Shown here piece by piece: positions 58,480-64,000 of a stretch of DNA of 64,000 nt. The position numbers were made by a program, and so were the translations under genes. Origin of the DNA: Clostridia bacterium (GTDB taxonomy: Bacteria > Bacillota > Clostridia > Oscillospirales > CAG-382); assembly GCA_017516825.1 (NCBI GenBank), contig JAFXBC010000037.1, positions 19,824 to 83,823 of the forward strand. Reading direction: 5' to 3'. Below the pieces are notes generated by a model. It did not search any database. It was not told the origin of the DNA and worked only from the letters and a program-made list of their open reading frames with translations. The number at the start of each line of letters is the position of its first letter. Positions within the stretch are counted from its first letter, which is position 1.

Positions 58480-59880
58480 TCATTCCTTTTCTGCGGCAAG
58501 CTCTGCCTGCCGACGCTGTCGTTTTTTGATCTCTTTACCAACTCTGCCAAGCAGGAACACCGCAAGAATCGCCGCCAGAGCGTTGACACCTGCGAAGTTC
58601 AGCCAGATGCCGTCCAGCCCCAAGGGCCACAATCCGCCCAACAACGCCACGGGGAACACCAAGGCCACGGAAACCGCCATCACCGTGGCAAACAAAGGCT
58701 TTTCGATGGCGGAGAAGAAGCTTTGGGTTGCCACCGCCAGCCAGCGGAACAGGTAGGCGAAGCAGAACAGACGGATGGCGTGGGTGGAGAGCTCCAGAAG
58801 ATGCGCGTCCTCCGCGTCCACGAACAGGGATGCCACCGCGTCGGGGAAGAAGAACAGCAGTGCGGTGGAGAGCATCCCCACCGTGAAGTTGCCGATGAAG
58901 CCGCATTTTACGATGGACTTCACACGGTCGTAATTCCCCGCGCCCCAGTTGTAGCCGATGGAGGGGGAAAGAGAATCGCTGATGCCGTACAGCAAGGGCC
59001 AGCAGAGATCGCTGGAATACATCAGCACCGCGTACACCGCCACGGCGGTGGTGCCACCCCCTTCCCCGAAGGTCTTTGCCCCCAGGGCCATCAGGGAGAT
59101 GTTCATGAGAATGGAGGTCACACGCCCTGCGATGTTATTCAAGAACACGGGAGAGCCGCAGGCGGCGATCTCCTTGAACATAGCAAAATGGAAACGGGGT
59201 CTGACAAAGCGAAACAGGGTCTTTTTTGCCAAGAAGGGGATCATCGCCACCCCTGCACACAGACACATGGAAATGGAGGTTGCCAAGGCAGAGCCCACCA
59301 CGTCCATCTCCAAAACCAACAAGAAGAAGGACAAAAGCCCCACGGTGGCCAGGTTGGAGCCGATGTTGATGGCCATGCTGGTCTTTACGTAACCGCTGAT
59401 CCTGAGATAGTTATCCATGGCGAAGAACACCGAGGAAAGAGGACTGCAAAGCGCGCAGGTACGGAGATACCGCACGGAGGTCTCCAGCAGAACGTCGTCC
59501 GCCCCCATCATACGGCAAAGAGGCTCCGCCGCAAAGAACATGATGCTCCCCATAATGAGAGAAGCGATGAAGATCATCAAAACCGAACAGGAGAAGACGT
59601 TGTTGGCGGTCTTTTTATCCTCCTTGCCCAGGGCGATGGAAATGGGCACGGAAGCACCCACGCCGATGAGATCCGCCAGGGAGAAATTGATCATCACCAT
59701 GGGAAAGGCGATGTTTACGGCGGCAAAGGCACCCTCGCCCAGCTTCTGCCCGATAAAAGCACCCTCGATGATGCTGTATACGGACATGGCAAACATACTC
59801 ACCATCCCCGGAAGCGCAACCACGAAAAACAGCCGCCAAGGCTTCATGGTGGCGTACATTTCCTCTGTTTTGTTTTTCAT
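58480..59880 (-). CDS. MATE family efflux transporter
   Basis: 466 aa, 12 TM. N-terminal LFFVVALPGMVSMFAMSVYSIIEGAFIG is typical of MatE. Confidence 0.9.
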   Translation of the reverse strand: MKNKTEEMYATMKPWRLFFVVALPGMVSMFAMSVYSIIEGAFIGQKLGEGAFAAVNIAFPMVMINFSLADLIGVGASVPISIALGKEDKKTANNVFSCSVLMIFIASLIMGSIMFFAAEPLCRMMGADDVLLETSVRYLRTCALCSPLSSVFFAMDNYLRISGYVKTSMAINIGSNLATVGLLSFFLLVLEMDVVGSALATSISMCLCAGVAMIPFLAKKTLFRFVRPRFHFAMFKEIAACGSPVFLNNIAGRVTSILMNISLMALGAKTFGEGGGTTAVAVYAVLMYSSDLCWPLLYGISDSLSPSIGYNWGAGNYDRVKSIVKCGFIGNFTVGMLSTALLFFFPDAVASLFVDAEDAHLLELSTHAIRLFCFAYLFRWLAVATQSFFSAIEKPLFATVMAVSVALVFPVALLGGLWPLGLDGIWLNFAGVNALAAILAVFLLGRVGKEIKKRQRRQAELAAEKE

Positions 59881-59986
59881 ACGGAGCTCCCTCCCTTCCC
59901 TTCAAGGGGGTATTGTACCATATTCCAAGGGAAAAAGCAACAGGAAAAGGAGCCGTTTCGGTAAAAGAAAGGGCTCCCCGTATAGG

Positions 59987-60985
59987 TTATTTCAGCTTTT
60001 CCTCCAAAGCGGCAAGCTCCCGCCGCGCCCACGCCGCCGTTTCCCCTTCGGTGATGCCGTGGTCGGACGCCAGGGTCTCCAGAATGGTACGCCAGACGTC
60101 CGCCGCCTCTCCCGCGCGGTCAAGTCCCGCAAGCAAAAAGGCCAGGGAATACAAGGCGGAAAGATCTCTCGGGGACGATTCTGCCCGAAAGGCGTTGCGG
60201 TAGCAGGCCACGGCTTCCTCGTAACGGCCCAAAGCCTTTAGCCGCTCCCCTGCCTCGTATTGCCCCTTGGGATCGTCCTCGGGAATTGCCAGCCAAATGG
60301 CGGCCGCCCCTGCCCGATCTCCCTTGGCAAGCGCCAGCTCTCCGCGGAAGATCTCCCCCATACAAGGGGTCTCCATAGCGCGGATCATCTCCTCCGCCTC
60401 GGAGAAATCCCCCATATCCATCATAGCTTCCGCCAGCATCTCCCGCTGTTTCTCTCCGTTACAGTAAAGCTTGCACACCCGCAGGAAGGTGTCGTTCCCA
60501 CTCCTTACGATCTCCCGCTCTCCCGGGCAAAGGCGGCGGTACAGGGAAAAGGCCTCCACGTCCTCGGGGGAAGCGGAAAGGGCTTGCTCTGCCATACGGC
60601 GAGCCTCCAGGGTGTCCCTGTTGATCCGCTTCAACAGCAGCTCGGCGTAGCGTTTCAAGGTGTCTGCATCCCCCGGTTCTTCCTTCAAAATACTCTCCAG
60701 CACCCCTTTTGCGTAGGCAAAGGAATCCTCCGTCAGCCTTTCGTGATAGAGGACGCGGTCCACCCGCGCCAGCTCGTCGGTGCGATCCACCAAAAACAAG
60801 CGGTCGATCCTGACGCCGAAGAGAGAGGCAAGGCTCGGGAGCAATCCGATATCCGGGGTGGTGGCCCCCGTCTCCCATTTGCTCACCGCCTGGTAGGAGA
60901 CTCCCACCGCCTCCGCCACGGCCTCCTGGGTCAAGCCCCGCTCCTTGCGTAAGGTCTTGATCTGTGTTCCGATCTGTAAATTCAT
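59987..60985 (-). CDS. XRE-family HTH regulator with C-terminal TPR-like domain (1 of 3)
   Basis: Start ATG 60985 with GGAGGAA SD. IKTLRKERGLTQEAVAEAVGVSYQAVSKWETG HTH, followed by ~260 aa of helical repeats. Confidence 0.8.
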   Translation of the reverse strand: MNLQIGTQIKTLRKERGLTQEAVAEAVGVSYQAVSKWETGATTPDIGLLPSLASLFGVRIDRLFLVDRTDELARVDRVLYHERLTEDSFAYAKGVLESILKEEPGDADTLKRYAELLLKRINRDTLEARRMAEQALSASPEDVEAFSLYRRLCPGEREIVRSGNDTFLRVCKLYCNGEKQREMLAEAMMDMGDFSEAEEMIRAMETPCMGEIFRGELALAKGDRAGAAAIWLAIPEDDPKGQYEAGERLKALGRYEEAVACYRNAFRAESSPRDLSALYSLAFLLAGLDRAGEAADVWRTILETLASDHGITEGETAAWARRELAALEEKLK

Positions 60986-61096
60986 AGCAATTCCTCCGAA
61001 AAAAGATAGTTCATCGGCCGACGAACACAGTATACCCCAAATCCGCCTGTTTTGCAAGAGACGGGTATTTGAGCAAACTCCCCCGTCGGGGGAGTT

Positions 61097-61714
61097 TCAT
61101 TCCCCTAAGATCAGATAGCGGATCTCCCGATGGAGTGCCTCCGCCGACAGCTCCCCTTCTATCTTGGGCTTGATCACCTCGCGGCTTTCCCGGGTATGGG
61201 GCAGAGAGGAAGCCAGAGCCAGGGCTTTTTCCCCCTCTCCGTTTTGCAGGTACAAAAAGCACAGCACCGCCCGCAGGGTGGCCTTTTGCTTTTCATTCTC
61301 GGAGCGGGGCAACCCTTTTTCCGCCAACAGGATGGCCTCCTTCGCCTTCCCTTCCATGGCAAGCACCGTGGCAAGCCCCAACAGCATTTCCGCTTTATCC
61401 GGGAACAGCTTCAAGGCCTCACGGTAGACCCTCTCCCCTTCCGAAAGGTTCCCTTCCTTCATCAGGCGGTTGGCGCGATCGTGGATCTTGTAGCAAGCCT
61501 CCTCTCCCCGCATTTTGTCCATCCCCACCAGGGAATCCAAGCTGGTTCCGAACAGGTTGGCCAGCCCCGGCAACAGGGTGACGTCGGGGTAGGTCTCCCC
61601 ACGCTCCCACTTGGAAACGCTCTGGGAGGTGACGTGAAGGGCCTCCGCCAGCTCCTCCTGGGTCATCCCCTTTTCCAAACGCAAACTTCTCAGATTTTCC
61701 GCCAGATACAGCAT
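61097..61714 (-). CDS. XRE-family HTH regulator with TPR-like domain (2 of 3)
   Basis: Start ATG 61714 with AAAGGAG SD. LRSLRLEKGMTQEELAEALHVTSQSVSKWERG HTH, then TPR-like repeats (EGKAKEAILLAEKGL...). Confidence 0.8.
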   Translation of the reverse strand: MLYLAENLRSLRLEKGMTQEELAEALHVTSQSVSKWERGETYPDVTLLPGLANLFGTSLDSLVGMDKMRGEEACYKIHDRANRLMKEGNLSEGERVYREALKLFPDKAEMLLGLATVLAMEGKAKEAILLAEKGLPRSENEKQKATLRAVLCFLYLQNGEGEKALALASSLPHTRESREVIKPKIEGELSAEALHREIRYLILGE

Positions 61715-61812
61715 CAAAAAACACTCCTTTCGTCTTTGCCCTTTCAGCATACCATACCGCGGCAGGAAATGCAAGAACGCAAAGGTTGGAGTTTTTACAA
61801 CCTGCGGGCTCA

Positions 61813-61833
61813 TTTTCAACAATTTGTTGAAAA
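61813..61833. promoter_or_regulatory. Perfect 10-1-10 palindrome TTTTCAACAAtTTGTTGAAAA (candidate operator) in the divergent intergenic region
   Basis: Read directly. It is centred between the divergently transcribed XRE-TPR genes 61097-61714 and 61930-63099. Confidence 0.45.
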
Positions 61834-61852
61834 GCAAACAACAAATTGATTC

Positions 61853-61881
61853 TTGATTTCCGTATCCCTATCTGCTATGAT
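61853..61881 (+). promoter_or_regulatory. Candidate sigma-A promoter of XRE-TPR gene 3 (TTGATT-17-TATGAT)
   Basis: TTGATT 61853-61858, a 17-nt spacer and TATGAT 61876-61881. Confidence 0.45.
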
Positions 61882-61929
61882 AAAAGCACACCGGTGAACA
61901 TATGTAAACATCAGAAAGGAATGAAAACT

Positions 61930-63099
61930 ATGCAGATCAAATTGGGAGAACAGATCAAAGCCCTCCGTCACAGAGACGGCAGGACGCAAGAAGACCTGGC
62001 AAACGCCTTGGGGGTGACCGCCCAGGCGGTTTCCCGCTGGGAAAAGGGGGTTTGCTACCCGGATATGGAGCTGATGCCCTCCATGGCAAATTATTTCGGT
62101 GTCGCCATCGACCTGCTTTTCGGCTACGACAGCGGGCGGGAGCAGAAGATCAACACCCTGGCGGAGCAGATCGCCGCCAAAAACCGAGAGAACAACGGCG
62201 TGGACGTATGCATGGATGCATGCATCCGTATGGCGAGAGAAGCCCTCATTGAATTCCCCGGGAACGAGCGGCTGACGTACTGCCTGGCTTCCGTTTTGTA
62301 CAACGCAGGCTACGTGCGGTACGGGGAATTTCACCTCATCGACGAAGAAGGCTTCAACGTTTACGACGTAAAACGCCATCGGAAATACACAGAATGGCAG
62401 GAGGCCATCAAGCTTTACGAAAAGCTCCTGACCACCCTTCAGGAGGGGGAGCTTCGACACAAGGCGGTCACGGAGCTGACCCAGCTCTACCTGAACACGG
62501 GAGAACACGAAAAAGCCCTTGCCATCGCAGAGGCGGCACCCGACATCGGAGGTTCCAAGCCGTTTTTGAAGATCAACGCCCGTGACGGGCGGGAGAAGGC
62601 CAAGGCCTGCAGTGAAGCCCTTTTGGAGACCGCCGACGCCTTTGCGGGGCTGATCATCGGCACGGTGCTTTCCTACGAGCAGAACATGACCCCCGGGGAG
62701 AAGGCCCAAAGCCTGCAAAACGCCATCCGCGTTTTTGAGTTGGTATGCACCGGCGGAGTCTACGGAAGATACCACGCCTACATCGCCCGCATCTACACCC
62801 TGCTTTCCCTGTATCTATGGCTGGACGGCAGACGGGAGGAGGCTTTTGAGGCCTTGGACAGCGCCTTGGAACACGGAAGGGAGTACGAAGCCCTTTGCGG
62901 GAAGGAGAACGTTTCCTACAACGCACCCCTGCTGAGGCTGATCGCGGTAAACGGGTGCCAAAAGCCCTCGGATTACAGCCTTTGTGAAAGCCTGGCGGAG
63001 GATTGGCCCTGGTGGAGCGTCCAGGAATACAGCCTTGTAGCCAAGGACATCCAAGCCGATCCCCGTTGGGCGGCCTGGGTGGAGAAAACCAAGGGATAA
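61930..63099 (+). CDS. XRE-family HTH regulator with TPR-like domain (3 of 3)
   Basis: Start ATG 61930 (MQIKLGEQIKALRHRDGRTQEDLANALGVTAQAVSRWEKG), 8-9 nt after AGAAAGGAA. 389 aa. Confidence 0.8.
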   Translation: MQIKLGEQIKALRHRDGRTQEDLANALGVTAQAVSRWEKGVCYPDMELMPSMANYFGVAIDLLFGYDSGREQKINTLAEQIAAKNRENNGVDVCMDACIRMAREALIEFPGNERLTYCLASVLYNAGYVRYGEFHLIDEEGFNVYDVKRHRKYTEWQEAIKLYEKLLTTLQEGELRHKAVTELTQLYLNTGEHEKALAIAEAAPDIGGSKPFLKINARDGREKAKACSEALLETADAFAGLIIGTVLSYEQNMTPGEKAQSLQNAIRVFELVCTGGVYGRYHAYIARIYTLLSLYLWLDGRREEAFEALDSALEHGREYEALCGKENVSYNAPLLRLIAVNGCQKPSDYSLCESLAEDWPWWSVQEYSLVAKDIQADPRWAAWVEKTKG

Positions 63100-63115
63100 A
63101 GCGCCTGACAAACGG

Positions 63116-63162
63116 AAAGAGAGAACAGCACGGCTTTTACCGCAATGTTCTCTCTTTTTTTG
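63116..63162 (+). terminator. Intrinsic terminator
   Basis: aaagagagaac...gttctctcttt followed by TTTTTGTG. Confidence 0.65.
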
Positions 63163-63265
63163 TGAAGGTTTCGCTCCCGCGAAAGTGAAGTTGTGTGAAA
63201 AATATCGCCGTATCAACAGATACCTTCACTTGCCCGCAGGGCAAACTTATCCTTATTATATTTCC

Positions 63266-64000
63266 TTATATTTCCTTTGCAAAACAACGTCTGCGCTTGT
63301 GCTGGCGTTTTTCAAACTGCCCCCACAGGCTGTGAACGGCGCCGTTGGTCTCCAACTGAGGCCCGGTCTCGCAATACTTCACCCCGTTTTGGATCAAGAC
63401 CTCCGTGAGGGTGTCGATGATGATGGCGGGCACGCCCTTGCTCTGGTAGGAAGGCTCCACCGCTACGAAGAACATCTCCAGGGTATCGTTCTTCCCCTTG
63501 AGCGCCTTCAGCAGACGGAGGATCCCGAAGGGGAACAGCTCTCCGTCGCACTTCTTCAAGGCCTTGGCGATGGAAGGCACCAACGCGCCGAAGCCCACGA
63601 TCTTGCCGGAGGCATCCTTCACGGAGCAGATGTATTCCGGTTTTACCAGAGGGATGTAGCCGTCCACGGCGTGCTTGATCACCTCGGGGGTGAGGGGCAC
63701 GGTGCCGTACAGCACGGAGAAAGCCTGGTCGATGAGGTCAAAGGCCTCGAAGGCCTCCTTATAAAGCACCTTGCGGTCGTGGTACACCACCCGCTGTAAG
63801 CCGTACTTCTGTTCCTGATGCTCTGCGATCCTGCGGATCCGTTCATCGGGACGATCCGGCACGGAGATGCGGAACTCGATCCAGTCGATATCCTTCACAA
63901 GGCCCAGCCTTTCCATGTGCTCCAGATAGTAGGGGTGGTTGTAGAAGGTGATGGACATATTGAATTCCTCAAAGCCTTCCACCAGCATCCCCTCGTGATC
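63266..64000 (-). CDS. Acyl-CoA N-acyltransferase (GNAT-like) superfamily protein, 3' part (gene continues past right edge)
   Basis: The frame stays open to position 64000 (DHEGMLVEG...). The C-terminal FFVAVEPSYQSKGVPAIIID motif is GNAT-like. The family assignment is tentative. Confidence 0.5.
   Translation of the reverse strand, partial: DHEGMLVEGFEEFNMSITFYNHPYYLEHMERLGLVKDIDWIEFRISVPDRPDERIRRIAEHQEQKYGLQRVVYHDRKVLYKEAFEAFDLIDQAFSVLYGTVPLTPEVIKHAVDGYIPLVKPEYICSVKDASGKIVGFGALVPSIAKALKKCDGELFPFGILRLLKALKGKNDTLEMFFVAVEPSYQSKGVPAIIIDTLTEVLIQNGVKYCETGPQLETNGAVHSLWGQFEKRQHKRRRCFAKEI

Noticed and set aside
1-64000. Prophage, IS, integrative element, CRISPR-Cas, restriction-modification or other known defence systems.
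   Set aside because: No integrase, transposase, recombinase, phage structural, cas, methylase-nuclease pair or other known defence signature was recognised in any frame. The only mobility hints are the small non-autonomous repeats and two low-GC patches.

Overview
High-GC (~58% by eye) chromosomal window from a spore-forming Clostridia-type Firmicute. It has spoIID plus a spoIIQ-like M23 gene, a BclA-like collagen protein and dockerin modules, so an Oscillospiraceae/Ruminococcaceae-like organism is my inference only. I call about 45 protein genes.

Housekeeping genes: rpmG, rpiB, tsaB, tsaE, fhs, asd, ferredoxin, fchA-folD, cysE and patB/malY-like.

Accessory content is large. (1) A 14.4-kb gene (25343-39772, minus) encodes a 4809-aa secreted protein with several SGNH and SASA-type esterase-like domains, LamG and Ig-like domains, about 39 tandem cysteine-rich modules and a C-terminal dockerin. 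Next to it lie a transglutaminase-like dockerin protein and a low-GC two-gene cassette. (2) Four orphan ~506-aa solute-binding-type lipoproteins are each monocistronic, and no permease or ATPase gene is present. (3) An OmpR-type two-component system is followed by three tandem paralogs whose 5' ends are nearly identical. TTGGCAACAA direct repeats sit identically upstream of both promoters. (4) Three clustered XRE-HTH/TPR regulators share a locus with a perfect 21-bp palindrome. (5) Several intergenic loci (645-846, 4236-4650, 19090-19790, 46380-46675, 51660-51760, 54400-54965) carry dispersed structured repeats. Their hairpins show compensatory changes between copies. (6) The fhs leader looks like a ZTP-type riboswitch or attenuator.

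No transposase, integrase, CRISPR array, rRNA or tRNA was recognised. All domain calls come from motif reading by eye, with no searches run. Coordinates of small sites may be off by 1-2 nt.
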